This document shows, piece after piece, positions 24,634-34,110 of a stretch of 64,000 bases of DNA (within the stretch, counting starts at the first letter, position 1; each line of letters opens with the position of its first letter). The notes under the pieces were generated by a model. It made no database searches. It saw nothing but the letters and a program-made list of their open reading frames with translations, and had not been told where the DNA came from. Source of the DNA: Acutalibacteraceae bacterium (GTDB taxonomy: Bacteria; Actinomycetota; Coriobacteriia; Coriobacteriales; UMGS124); assembly GCA_963619535.1 (NCBI GenBank), contig CAVEWV010000003.1:2263-66262 (forward strand). The letters are read 5' to 3'. The translations under genes and the position numbers were made by a program.

Positions 24634-25812
24634 ATGGACGTCCTGGTCGTGAACGCCGGCAGCTCTTCTTTGAAATACCAGCTCCTCAACGTCGAGTCGC
24701 GCGAGGTCCTTGCCAAAGGCGCCTGCGAGCGCATCGGCCTGGGCGAGTCCACCTTCTCAAGCGAGTTCGCCGGCCGCGAGACGTGCCTGTCCTTGCCCAT
24801 CCCCAACCACCGCACCGCCATCACGCTCGTCCTGGGCACCGTGCTGCAGAACACCGCGCTCATGGAGGGCCACCATATCGACGCCTTCGGCCACCGCATC
24901 GTGCACGGCGGCACGTACTTCGACGACTCCTGCCTGGTAGACGACGAGGTGCTCGGCAAGATCGAGGAGATCGCCCCGCTTGCGCCCCTGCACAACTACG
25001 CCGCCGCCTCGGTCATCATGGCGTGCCGCGAGGTGCTGCCCGACGTCCCCAACATCGTCTCGTTCGACACCTCCTTCCACGCCACCATCCCCGAGGTGGC
25101 ATACCGCTACGCGCTGCCCGACGAGCTGTGCGAGAAGTTCAAGCTGCGCAAGTACGGCTTCCACGGCATCAACCACCGCTATGTGGCGCGCACGGCCCAG
25201 CAGATGTGCGGCGACGCCGGCAGGCTCGTGAGCTGCCACTTGGGCAACGGCTCGTCGTTGTGCGCCGTGAAGGACGGCAAGGTGGTGGACACCACCATGG
25301 GCTTCACCCCGCTCGACGGCCTCATCATGGGCACGCGCTGCGGCTCCATCGACCCGGCGGCGGTCACCTTCATCCTCGAGAACTCCGACCTCACGGCCCG
25401 CGAGGTTGACAGCATCATGAACAAGAAGTCGGGCCTGCTTGCCTTGAGCGGCTTCACCAACGACATCCGCGACATCACGCAGGCGGCTGAGGAGGGCAAC
25501 GACCGCGCCCAGCTCGCCCTCGACATGTTCTGCTACTCGGCCAAGAAGTACCTGGGCTCCATGGTCGCCGTCATGGGCGGCGTGGACACGGTCGTCTTCA
25601 CCGCAGGCGCCGGCCAGAACTCGCCCGTCATCCGCTCCAAGGTCGCCGAGGGCCTGGAGGATTTGGGCATCGTGCTCGACCCCGAGCTCAACGCCCAGCG
25701 TCACAAGCAGCCCTGGGTCATCTCCGCGGAAGGCTCGCGCGTCAAGGTGCTCGTGGTCCCTGCCGACGAGGAGTACATGATCGCGCTCGACGTGAAGCGC
25801 ATCCTGGGGTAG
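24634..25812 (+). CDS. ackA: acetate kinase
   Basis: Internal ATG at 24634 with GGTGGAGGG RBS. MDVLVVNAGSSSLKYQL, HRIVHGG, YGFHGINH, GIVFTAG-like VVFTAGAGQNS motifs. Confidence 0.95.
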   Translation: MDVLVVNAGSSSLKYQLLNVESREVLAKGACERIGLGESTFSSEFAGRETCLSLPIPNHRTAITLVLGTVLQNTALMEGHHIDAFGHRIVHGGTYFDDSCLVDDEVLGKIEEIAPLAPLHNYAAASVIMACREVLPDVPNIVSFDTSFHATIPEVAYRYALPDELCEKFKLRKYGFHGINHRYVARTAQQMCGDAGRLVSCHLGNGSSLCAVKDGKVVDTTMGFTPLDGLIMGTRCGSIDPAAVTFILENSDLTAREVDSIMNKKSGLLALSGFTNDIRDITQAAEEGNDRAQLALDMFCYSAKKYLGSMVAVMGGVDTVVFTAGAGQNSPVIRSKVAEGLEDLGIVLDPELNAQRHKQPWVISAEGSRVKVLVVPADEEYMIALDVKRILG

Positions 25813-25916
25813 GACGCCGGGTCTTCCGCGCCCGCGGCCTCGTTGCACGCCCGCTTGCGCACGCGCCCGCGCCCGCGGCTTGCGCCCTGTGCCTGAGAAA
25901 GCCCTGCCATCGCACA

Positions 25917-25968
25917 CGAAAGCGGGGCCGCCCGGAAGTCTCCTTCCAGGCGGCCCCGCTCCTTTGTG
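25917..25968. terminator. bidirectional terminator hairpin between convergent ackA and pta
   Basis: Long stem AGCGGGGCCGCCCGGAAG / CTTCCAGGCGGCCCCGCT (25921-25960), flanked by GAAA upstream and CCTTTGTG downstream. Confidence 0.6.
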
Positions 25969-25987
25969 CGGCTATGAGGCGGGCGTC

Positions 25988-26980
25988 CTAGCAGGCGCTT
26001 GCCTGGTGCTGGCGCTGGGCCTGCACGGCGGTGGCGGCGACCATGCCCACGATGTCGGAGGCCGAGCAGCCGCGCGACAGGTCGTTGACGGGCGCGGCGA
26101 TGCCCTGAAGCACCGGGCCGATGGCCTCGGCGCCGCCCAGGCGCTGGGCGATCTTGTAGCCGATGTTGCCGGCGTCGAGGTTGGGGAACACGAGCACGTT
26201 GGCCTTGCCGGCCACCGGAGAGCCCGCCGCCTTGCTGGCGGCCACGCTGGGCACCACGGCGGCGTCGAACTGCAGCTCGCCGTCGATCTGCACGTCGGGG
26301 GCAAGCTCACGGGCGATGGCGGTCGCCTGAGCCACCAGCTCGGTCTGCTCCGTCTTGGCGCTGCCCTTGCTGGAGAAGGAGAGCATCGCCACGCGCGGGG
26401 TGGTCTGCATGAAGCTCTCCCAGCTGCGGGCGGTCTGCACGGCGATCTGGGCGAGCTCCTCGGCGTTGGGGTAGGTGTTGAGCGCGCAGTCGGCGAAGAA
26501 GAACGTGCCGTCCTCGCCGAAGGGGCAGCCGGGCACGGAGATCTCGAAGAACGAGGACACGAGCGACACGCCGGGTGCGCACTTGAGGATCTGCAGCGCC
26601 GGGCGCAGGACGTCGCCCGTCGGGTGGCACGCGCCCGACACCATGCCGTCGGCGTCGCCCATCTTGACCATCATGACGCCGAAGTACAGCTCGTCGTCGA
26701 GTGCGGCGCACGCGGCCTCGAAGGTCATGCCCTTCTTGGCGCGCAGCTCGGCGAGCTTGGTGGCGTAACGGTCGCGCTCGGGGGAGGTGTGGTGGTCGAT
26801 GACGGTGACGCCTTCGATGTCGATCTGCGCCGGGTCGCCCAGGACGATCACCTTGGCGATCCCCTGCGCGGCGATCTGCTTGGCGGCCTCGATGGTGCGC
26901 GGGTCGTTGCCCTCGGGCAGGACGATGCGCTGGGGGTTGGTCTTTGCGGCTGTGATGAGGCTGTCGGTGAACTTGCTCAC
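25988..26980 (-). CDS. pta: phosphate acetyltransferase
   Basis: 330 aa, GTG start with AAGGAG RBS. RIVLPEGNDPRTIEAA, GMVSGA, PVNDLSRG motifs. Confidence 0.95.
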   Translation of the reverse strand: MSKFTDSLITAAKTNPQRIVLPEGNDPRTIEAAKQIAAQGIAKVIVLGDPAQIDIEGVTVIDHHTSPERDRYATKLAELRAKKGMTFEAACAALDDELYFGVMMVKMGDADGMVSGACHPTGDVLRPALQILKCAPGVSLVSSFFEISVPGCPFGEDGTFFFADCALNTYPNAEELAQIAVQTARSWESFMQTTPRVAMLSFSSKGSAKTEQTELVAQATAIARELAPDVQIDGELQFDAAVVPSVAASKAAGSPVAGKANVLVFPNLDAGNIGYKIAQRLGGAEAIGPVLQGIAAPVNDLSRGCSASDIVGMVAATAVQAQRQHQASAC

Positions 26981-27156
26981 GGTGGCTCCTTATGCGAGGC
27001 ATGGAAGTACGGGGGGAGTGTCCCCCAAAAGCACTGGCAAGACACTCTAGCATGGTAGAATCCCACGGTTAGCGCTGTTTTCGTCCGTCGGGGGCCTGCG
27101 CACTGCCAAGCGGCAGGGCGGCCCCGTTTGTCCATCGCATTTGCAAAGGAGCGGAT

Positions 27157-28353
27157 ATGCCCGTCGCTCACGGTCTTCCCCAGACGTTTGACATCCATGC
27201 CTATGACGCCGTCGTCGTCGGTTGCGGCTACGCCGGCAGCGTCGTGGCCCGCGAGCTGGCCGAGCGCGCCGGCAAGCGCGTGTGCGTGCTCGAGCGCCGC
27301 CCCCACATCGCCGGCAACGCCTACGACTGCCTCGACGAGGCCGGGGTGCTCATCCACCTGTACGGCCCGCACATCTACCACACCTACGACGCGCGCGTGA
27401 ACGACTACCTCACGCGCTTCTCCCAGATCACGGACTACCAGCACAAGGTGCTCGCCAACATCCACGGCACCCTCATGCCCGTGCCCTTCAACCATACCTC
27501 GCTCAAGATGGCCTTCGGCCCCGAGCGCGGCGAGGCCCTCTTCGCCAAGCTCGTCGAGAAGTTCGGCCTGGACCGCAAGGTGCCGATCCTGGAGCTGCGC
27601 GCCCAGGACGACGCTGACCTCGAGGAGGTGGCCGACTACGTCTTCGAGAACGTCTTCCTGCGCTACACGATGAAGCAGTGGGGCCAGACGCCCGACCAGA
27701 TCGACCCCTCCATCACGGGCCGCGTCCCGGTGTTCGTGGGCGACGACGACCGCTATTTCCCCGGCGCCCCCTTCCAGGGCATGCCGGCGCAGGGCTACAC
27801 CAAGCTCTTCGAGAACATGCTCGACCACGAGGGCATCGACGTCTTCCTCGACGTGGACGCGCGCGACCTGCTCAAGGTGGGGCAGGGGTGCATCGAGGCC
27901 GCCGGCAAGCCCTACGTGGGCCAGGTCGTCTACACCGGCCCCCTCGACGAGCTCTTCGGGCTCGACCTGGGCGCGCTGCCCTACCGCACGCTCGACATGG
28001 TCTTCGAGACGCTCGACATGGACCAGTTCCAGCCCGTGGGCACCGTCAACTACACGGTGAGCGAGGACTTCACGCGCATCACGGAGTTCAAGAACATGAC
28101 CGGCCAGGTGGTGCCCGGCAAGACCACCATCATGAAGGAGTACTCCAAGGCCTACGAGCCCGGCAGCGGCCAGACGCCCTACTACGCCATCCTCGACCCC
28201 GAGAACAAGGCGCTCTACGCCAAGTACCTGGAGCGCGTCAGCGGCATCGAGAACTTCCATGCGGTGGGCCGCCTGGCCGAGTACCGCTACTACGACATGG
28301 ACGCGGTCGTCGCCAGCGCCCTCAACCTCGCCGACAAGCTCGTCGAGGCCTAA
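27157..28353 (+). CDS. glf: UDP-galactopyranose mutase
   Basis: 398 aa with AAGGAG RBS. FAD fold YDAVVVGCGYAGSVVARELA, then HIAGNAYD, HLYGPHIYHT, FLRYTMKQWG, YYAILDPENK...GRLAEYRYYDMD. Confidence 0.9.
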   Translation: MPVAHGLPQTFDIHAYDAVVVGCGYAGSVVARELAERAGKRVCVLERRPHIAGNAYDCLDEAGVLIHLYGPHIYHTYDARVNDYLTRFSQITDYQHKVLANIHGTLMPVPFNHTSLKMAFGPERGEALFAKLVEKFGLDRKVPILELRAQDDADLEEVADYVFENVFLRYTMKQWGQTPDQIDPSITGRVPVFVGDDDRYFPGAPFQGMPAQGYTKLFENMLDHEGIDVFLDVDARDLLKVGQGCIEAAGKPYVGQVVYTGPLDELFGLDLGALPYRTLDMVFETLDMDQFQPVGTVNYTVSEDFTRITEFKNMTGQVVPGKTTIMKEYSKAYEPGSGQTPYYAILDPENKALYAKYLERVSGIENFHAVGRLAEYRYYDMDAVVASALNLADKLVEA

Positions 28354-28381
28354 GGGCCACAAGGAAAGAGAAGGTCTCACG

Positions 28382-29416
28382 GTGGAAAAGCTCGTCACGT
28401 TCGCCATACCCTGCTACAACTCCGCAGCCTACATGGACAAGTGCATCCAGAGCATCATCGACGCCTGCTCGCCGGGCGACGATTTCGAGATCGTCGTGGT
28501 CGACGACGGCTCGCAGAAGGACGACACCCCCGCCAAGGCTGACGCGTGGGAGCAGAGGTGCCCCGGCGTCGTGCGGGTCGTCCACCAGGAGAACGGCGGC
28601 CACGGCGCGGCGGTGCTCGCCGGCCTCAAGGCCGCGCGCGGCATGTACTACAAGGTGGTCGACTCCGACGACTGGGTGGACCGCGACGCGGCCCAGGCCC
28701 TTCTGGGCGACGTGCGCCGCCTCGTGGCGCAGGGCGAGGTTGTCGACCTGTTCATCTCGAACTACGTCTACGAGCACGTCGAGGACAACACGCAGAAGTC
28801 GGTGGGCTACCGCGGCGTCCTGCCCGAGGGCCGCGTCTTCACCTGGGACGAGATGGGCAAGTTCCGCATCGACCAGAACCTGCTCATGCACTCGCTGCTC
28901 TACCGCACCGAGGTGCTCAGGGACGGCGGCGTGCCCCTGCCGAGCCACACGTTCTACGTGGACAACATCTTCGCCTACGTGCCCCTGCCGCGCTGCAAGA
29001 AGCTTTACTATCGCGACGTCGACTTCTACCGCTACTTCATCGGCCGTCAGGACCAGAGCGTCAACGAGTCGGTCATGGTGTCGCGCTACCGCCAGCAGCT
29101 GCGCATCACCAAGATCATGTTCGAGGCGAGCCACCTTTACGAGGATGTCCAGAGCGCCCCGCTGCGCGCCTACATGCTCAACTACTTCACCATGATGATG
29201 GCGATCTCGAGCCTGTTCGGCCACATGTCGGCCGAGCCTGAGTCCGACAAGCTGGTCGAGGAGCTGTGGGGCGACCTCAAGGCCTTCGACGAGCGCATGT
29301 ATGCCCATGCGCGTCACAACTTCCTCGGCGTGGGCACCAACCTGCCGGGCAAGCTGGGCAAGCGCATCACCATCGGCCTCTATCACATCGCGCAGAAGCT
29401 GTTCAAGTTCAACTAA
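28382..29416 (+). CDS. family-2 glycosyltransferase (probable galactofuranosyl-transferase partner of Glf)
   Basis: GTG at 28382 follows AAGGAAAGAGAAGG. FAIPCYNSAAYMDKCIQS, VVVDDGSQKDDT, DSDDW (DXD) motifs. About 150-aa helical C-terminal extension. Confidence 0.8.
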   Translation: MEKLVTFAIPCYNSAAYMDKCIQSIIDACSPGDDFEIVVVDDGSQKDDTPAKADAWEQRCPGVVRVVHQENGGHGAAVLAGLKAARGMYYKVVDSDDWVDRDAAQALLGDVRRLVAQGEVVDLFISNYVYEHVEDNTQKSVGYRGVLPEGRVFTWDEMGKFRIDQNLLMHSLLYRTEVLRDGGVPLPSHTFYVDNIFAYVPLPRCKKLYYRDVDFYRYFIGRQDQSVNESVMVSRYRQQLRITKIMFEASHLYEDVQSAPLRAYMLNYFTMMMAISSLFGHMSAEPESDKLVEELWGDLKAFDERMYAHARHNFLGVGTNLPGKLGKRITIGLYHIAQKLFKFN

Positions 29417-29478
29417 CGGCTGGTCCTGCCTGCCCGGGTGCCGCCCGGCCCCGGGGCAAGGCGGCCCGCATCACGCAA

Positions 29479-29532
29479 GAAGCCCCCGTCTTGTCGCGCA
29501 GTTCAATCTGCCTGCGGTGAGACGGGGGCTTC
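29479..29532. terminator. 13-bp GC-rich inverted repeat between convergent GT2 and maf (probable terminator, no clear U-tract)
   Basis: GAAGCCCCCGTCT (29479-29491) pairs with AGACGGGGGCTTC (29520-29532). An inner CGCAG/CTGCG pairing extends the stem. Confidence 0.45.
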
Positions 29533-29578
29533 GTTGTAGTCGGCACCTGGGGAAGGCTGTCCAGCGCCACATCGGCGC

Positions 29579-30139
29579 TTACTTCACGTCGATCCCCTTG
29601 AGCTCGTGGTAGAGCCGGGAGATGGGAAGTCCCATCACCGTGTAGAAGTCGCCCTCGATGCCCTGCACGAAGAGACGCCCCCGTCCCTGCACGGCGTAGG
29701 CGCCTGCCTTGTCCATGGGCTCGCCGCTTGCGACGTAGGCGTCGATCTCGGCCTGCGACATATTCCAGAAGGTGACGTGGGCGGTCTGCGAGAAGCCGAG
29801 CACCTCGACGCCGTCGCGCTGCACGCTCACGCCGGTGGTGACGTCGTGGGTCTTGCCCGACAGGCGGGCGAGCATGTCCCTGGCGTCCTGCTCGTCGGCA
29901 GGCTTGCCCAGGACATGGCCCTCAAGGATGACCACGGTGTCCGACCCGATGACAAGCTCGCCAGGCTCGGCCATGTCGGCGACGGCACGGGCCTTGTGAT
30001 AGGCAAGGAGAGCCGGCAGGTCGTGCGGGTCGGCCGTGGACACGCTGCCCTCGTCGAAGTCGCTCACGAGGCAGCGGAAGTCATAGCCGGCCTGCTCCAT
30101 GAGCTCGCGGCGGCGGGGGGACTTTGAGGCAAGAATCAT
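29579..30139 (-). CDS. maf: Maf-like nucleoside-triphosphate pyrophosphatase
   Basis: 186 aa. MILASKSPRRRELMEQAG, IGSDTVV, DKAGAYAVQG motifs. Confidence 0.85.
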   Translation of the reverse strand: MILASKSPRRRELMEQAGYDFRCLVSDFDEGSVSTADPHDLPALLAYHKARAVADMAEPGELVIGSDTVVILEGHVLGKPADEQDARDMLARLSGKTHDVTTGVSVQRDGVEVLGFSQTAHVTFWNMSQAEIDAYVASGEPMDKAGAYAVQGRGRLFVQGIEGDFYTVMGLPISRLYHELKGIDVK

Positions 30140-30151
30140 GGGACGAGGCTC

Positions 30152-31477
30152 CTAGCGGCGGCGCAGGATGGTGACGTTCTCCACGTGGAAGGTCTGCGGG
30201 AAAAGGTCGACCGGGGTGACGGACTCGATGTCGAGCTCTCCGAGCTCCCTGAAGATCGCTAGGTCGCGGGCGAGCGTGGCCGGGTCGCACGACACATAGG
30301 CCACGGCGCGCGCCGGGCTTTCCGAGATGGCCTCCACCACGGAGCGCTCCAGGCCTGCGCGCGGCGGGTCCACCACGATGACGTCGGCGTCTTCCAGGCA
30401 GTCGAGCTGGCGGGCGGCGTCGTCGCCGATGGCCTCCACCATGTCGAGGAGCTTGGCGTTCTCCAGGTTCTTGTTGAGGTCGCGCACGGCCGGGCCGTAG
30501 CTCTCCACCGCGATGACGCCGCCGGTGGCCTTGCGTGCCAGGGGGAGCGTGAAGGTGCCAGCGCCGCAGTACAGGTCGCACGCCACCTCGTCCTCATCGA
30601 TGGCGAGGCCCTCGAGCACAAGCTCGATGAGCTTCTCGGCGCCGGGGGTGTTCACCTGGAAGAACGAGGGGGCCGACAGGCGCATGGTCTCCCCGGCCAG
30701 GCGCTCCTCCCAGAAGCTGCGCCCCTCGAGGCGCTCGACGCCGGCGATCTTGCGGGCGCCGCCCTTCTCCTTGGTCATGACGCGGGTCACGGCGGTGGGG
30801 GAGGCGGCGTCCATGAGGACCTTGGCAACCTCGTTGCGCGGGAAGGCCGCCGGGTCGGTCCACAGGGCGATCTCCACCTGGCGGGTGCGCTCGCTCACGC
30901 GGATGCCCACGCGCTCAAGGCCCAGGTCGCGCGAGCCGACGAAGTAGTTGAGGGCGCCGGCGACCGACTTCACGAGCTTCTGGCCGCCTTTTGCCATGAG
31001 CGGGCACTTGTCCACGGCGACGACCTTGCTCGCGTCGAACTTGGAGTGCATGCCCAGGCGCGTGCGGCCGTTCTGCTCCACGCAGGCCAGCTCCACCTTG
31101 TTGCGGTATCCCCAGCCCTCGCCCACGGCGACGACCTCGCCCACATGCCCCTCGGCCCACTCGGCGTCGAACTTGCCGATGCGCACGAGGGCGTCGACCA
31201 CGTTCTTGCGCTTTGCCAGGCGCTGCTCGTCCAGGGACACCTCGGCCCAGGGGCAGCCGCCGCACACGGAGGCATACGGGCATTTGGGGGCGACGCGGGC
31301 GGGGGAGGACTCAAGCACCGACGTCACGCGTGCCTTGGAGAACGTCTTGCCGTCGGAGACGAGCTCCGCCTCCACGACGTCCCCGGGAACGCCGCCCGCG
31401 ACGAACACCGTCTTGCCCTGATCGTCGTGGGCCACCGCATCGGCCCCGTAGCACAGCGCTTCTATCTTGAGTTGCAT
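30152..31477 (-). CDS. TRAM-domain 23S rRNA (uracil-5)-methyltransferase, RumA/RlmD family
   Basis: 441 aa. N-terminal TRAM, Fe-S Cys cluster (CPYASVCGGCPW), SAM fold (DLYCGAGTFTLPLA), C-terminal catalytic YVSCDPATLARD. Confidence 0.85.
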   Translation of the reverse strand: MQLKIEALCYGADAVAHDDQGKTVFVAGGVPGDVVEAELVSDGKTFSKARVTSVLESSPARVAPKCPYASVCGGCPWAEVSLDEQRLAKRKNVVDALVRIGKFDAEWAEGHVGEVVAVGEGWGYRNKVELACVEQNGRTRLGMHSKFDASKVVAVDKCPLMAKGGQKLVKSVAGALNYFVGSRDLGLERVGIRVSERTRQVEIALWTDPAAFPRNEVAKVLMDAASPTAVTRVMTKEKGGARKIAGVERLEGRSFWEERLAGETMRLSAPSFFQVNTPGAEKLIELVLEGLAIDEDEVACDLYCGAGTFTLPLARKATGGVIAVESYGPAVRDLNKNLENAKLLDMVEAIGDDAARQLDCLEDADVIVVDPPRAGLERSVVEAISESPARAVAYVSCDPATLARDLAIFRELGELDIESVTPVDLFPQTFHVENVTILRRR

Positions 31478-31503
31478 CCTGCCCCGCCCGTCTCCTTTAC
31501 CGG

Positions 31504-34101
31504 TTACTTGCCCCCGAATAGTACCTTAAAGCCGGCCTTGATGAGCGCCCAGCCCGTGGCTCTGCGGCCTTTCTGCTTAACCATGAGGGCGAGCTGCTCC
31601 TCCACGCCGGGGACCTCCTTGGCACGGTCGCCGTCCTCAATGGGCTTCGCCTCGACCTCGACGGGCTTGGCCTGGCTCTGAGAGGGAGACTTAACCTCGA
31701 CCTTAGGCTGAGAGATTGCGGCAGCCTCGGTAGATGGGGCACTCGTCGCCTCGGGAGCGACCGCGGGCTTCTCGGCCTCAACGGGGGCGTCTGCCTGCGA
31801 GGATGCTGCGGCGGATGCCTGGGCGGCGCAAGCCGGCGCCTCGGGGGCCTTTACCTCGGCCTCAACCACAGCTTCAGGCTTTGCGTCCGTGGCGCTCGCA
31901 GCGGGGGACTCCTCCTCGCCGGTGGGCACCTCGCGCTTGCGTGCGGCGCGCGCGGCCCTCTCGCGCACGTCCATGGCGGCCTCGTGCTCGTCGATGGCGC
32001 GCTGGGCGAAGAACTCCTGCGCGCACACGAGGGCGTCGCCGGGCTCGACGGGCACGCGGGCGTGCTCGCCCTTGGAGGTGAGGACGCGGGCCTTGGTGTT
32101 GTCGCGCATCTGCACGTCGATGTCGGCGGCCACGCGCTCGCGCAGCTTCTCGTCGAGCAGGGGATAGGCTATCTCGACGCGGTGCTCGGTGTTGCGCGTC
32201 ATCATGTCGGCCGAGCTCAGGTAGATGACGTCCTTGTCGCGCCCGAACATGTAGACGCGGGCGTGCTCCAGCCAGCGCCCCACGATGCAGCGCACGGTGA
32301 CGTTCTCGGTCTTGCCGGGCACGCCGGGCAGCAGGCACGAGATGCCGCGCACGATGAGGTCCACCTTCACGCCCGCGCAGCTCGCCTCGCTGATCTTGTC
32401 GATGACCTCGCGGTCGGTGATGGAGTTCATCTTGAACCAGACGTGGGCCTCCTCGCCGCAGCGGGCCTTGGCGATCTCGCGGTCGATGCCCTTCATGATG
32501 AGCGGCTTCAGGCCCACCGGCGCCACGCCCAGGTAGCTGTAGTCGCCGTTGAGGTTGCCGATCTGCATGTTGCGGAAGAAGCGGTTCGCGTCCTCGCCGA
32601 TGCGCGCGTCGGCCGTCATGTAGGAGTAGTCGGCGTAGAGGCCGGCCGTCTTCTCGTTGTAGTTGCCGGTGCCCAGCTGGGTGATGCGGATCACCTCGCC
32701 GGCGCGCTTGCGGGTGATCTGGCAGATCTTGGAGTGCACCTTGAAGCCCGAGGAGCCGTAGAGCACCGTGCAGCCGGCGTCTTCCATGCGCTCGGCCCAC
32801 TCGATGTTGTTCTCCTCGTCGAAGCGGGCCCTGAGCTCCATGACCACGGTGACGTCGATGCCGTTCTCGGCGGCGGTGATGAGCGACTCGCAGAGTTTGG
32901 ACTTCTTGGCCACGCGGTAGAGCGTGATCTTGATCTGCACGACGTCGGGGTCGTTGGCCGACTCGCGCAGCAGGCGCAGGAACGGCTCCATGGACTCGTA
33001 GGGGTAGAAGAGCAGGAGGTCGTGGTCCTCGATCTGCTCGTGCATGGGGCGCGCGGGGTCGACGCAGCCGGGCGCCTGCGGGCTGAAGCGCGGGTAGGTG
33101 AGCTCCTGGGCCAGGCCCTGCGACACCTTGCCCTCCAGCGAGAAGGCGAAGTCGCCCATGCGCAGCGGGCTCGTGACCGTGAAGACCTGACGGTCGCTGA
33201 GCTCCAGCGACTTGCGCATGAACTTCACGAGGGGCTTGCTGAACTTGCCCTGCACCTCCAGGCGCACGGGGTTCAGGCGCAGGCGCTGCTTGAGGACCTT
33301 CTTGATGTGCTGGCGGTAGTCGTCCTCGAGGTCGAAGGCGCCCTCGTCGGGGTCGATGTCGCCGTTGCGCGTGACGCGGATCACGGCGCGCTCGGAGGTG
33401 TGGAAGTCGCCGAAGAGGCCGTCGGCGAAGGCCAGGATCACGTCTTCGAGCAGGGTGTAGCGCAGCGTGTGCGTGTCATGCTTGATCTGCACGAAGCGCG
33501 AAAGCGACGAGGGCACCTCCACGATGCCCAGAAGGCCCGTCTCCACGGCGTTGGCCAGGTTGTACACCGCGTAGAGCGTGTCGTTGTGCAGGTTGGGGAA
33601 GGGGTGGCGCGGGTCGACGATCTGCGGGGAGGCCACAGGCAGGACCTCGCTGTGGTAGAAGGCCTCCAAGACCTTGCGGTCCTCGGGGGTGTAGTCCTTC
33701 CACTGCACGCGCACGATGCCCCTGTCGCGCATCTCGGCCTCGAGCTGCGCCACGACCTCGTCGTGACGGACGATGTAGCTGGGAAGCACCTCGTACACGG
33801 CCTCGAGCTGCTCGGCGGGCGTCTGGTTGGACTTGTTGTCCACGGGCTGGAACTCGAGGCTCGCCAGCTCCGAGAGGCTGCCCATGCGGATCATCACGAA
33901 CTCGTCGAGGTTGGACTCGAAGATGGAGGCCATCTTGAAGCGCTCGAGCAAGGGGACGTTCTTGTCGGTGGCCTCCTCAAGGACGCGCTGGTCGAACTGC
34001 AGCCACGACAGCTCGCGGTTCTGTGTGTATGAGAAGTCGTATTCGCTCTTCATGGCCTTGCTCCTAGCCTGCTTGGGCTTGTGTTCCTTGGTTGTCGGCA
34101 T
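31504..34101 (-). CDS. ppk1: polyphosphate kinase 1 with a 141-aa low-complexity C-terminal extension
   Basis: 865 aa. NRELSWLQFDQRVLEEA, two PLD-like HKD-type modules (FKVHSKICQITR..., ...SSADMMTRNTEHRVEIAYP). The tail is Ala/Glu/Pro/Val-rich and ends in GWALIKAGFKVLFGGK. Confidence 0.9.
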   Translation of the reverse strand: MPTTKEHKPKQARSKAMKSEYDFSYTQNRELSWLQFDQRVLEEATDKNVPLLERFKMASIFESNLDEFVMIRMGSLSELASLEFQPVDNKSNQTPAEQLEAVYEVLPSYIVRHDEVVAQLEAEMRDRGIVRVQWKDYTPEDRKVLEAFYHSEVLPVASPQIVDPRHPFPNLHNDTLYAVYNLANAVETGLLGIVEVPSSLSRFVQIKHDTHTLRYTLLEDVILAFADGLFGDFHTSERAVIRVTRNGDIDPDEGAFDLEDDYRQHIKKVLKQRLRLNPVRLEVQGKFSKPLVKFMRKSLELSDRQVFTVTSPLRMGDFAFSLEGKVSQGLAQELTYPRFSPQAPGCVDPARPMHEQIEDHDLLLFYPYESMEPFLRLLRESANDPDVVQIKITLYRVAKKSKLCESLITAAENGIDVTVVMELRARFDEENNIEWAERMEDAGCTVLYGSSGFKVHSKICQITRKRAGEVIRITQLGTGNYNEKTAGLYADYSYMTADARIGEDANRFFRNMQIGNLNGDYSYLGVAPVGLKPLIMKGIDREIAKARCGEEAHVWFKMNSITDREVIDKISEASCAGVKVDLIVRGISCLLPGVPGKTENVTVRCIVGRWLEHARVYMFGRDKDVIYLSSADMMTRNTEHRVEIAYPLLDEKLRERVAADIDVQMRDNTKARVLTSKGEHARVPVEPGDALVCAQEFFAQRAIDEHEAAMDVRERAARAARKREVPTGEEESPAASATDAKPEAVVEAEVKAPEAPACAAQASAAASSQADAPVEAEKPAVAPEATSAPSTEAAAISQPKVEVKSPSQSQAKPVEVEAKPIEDGDRAKEVPGVEEQLALMVKQKGRRATGWALIKAGFKVLFGGK

Positions 34102-34110
34102 GGCGTCCTC

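Noticed and set aside
24387-25409. A 340-aa plus-strand ORF starting in the xseB-ackA spacer and running through ackA in another frame.
   Set aside because: It is out of frame with a textbook acetate kinase. The translation is Arg/Pro/His-rich with no motifs and no RBS.
26995-27156. A small palindrome GGGGGAGTGTCCCCC (about 27014-27028) in the pta/glf divergent region, considered as a possible operator or riboswitch.
   Set aside because: It is only a 6-bp stem with a 3-nt loop in the pta 5' UTR. It has no partner sites or known motif and is too little to call.
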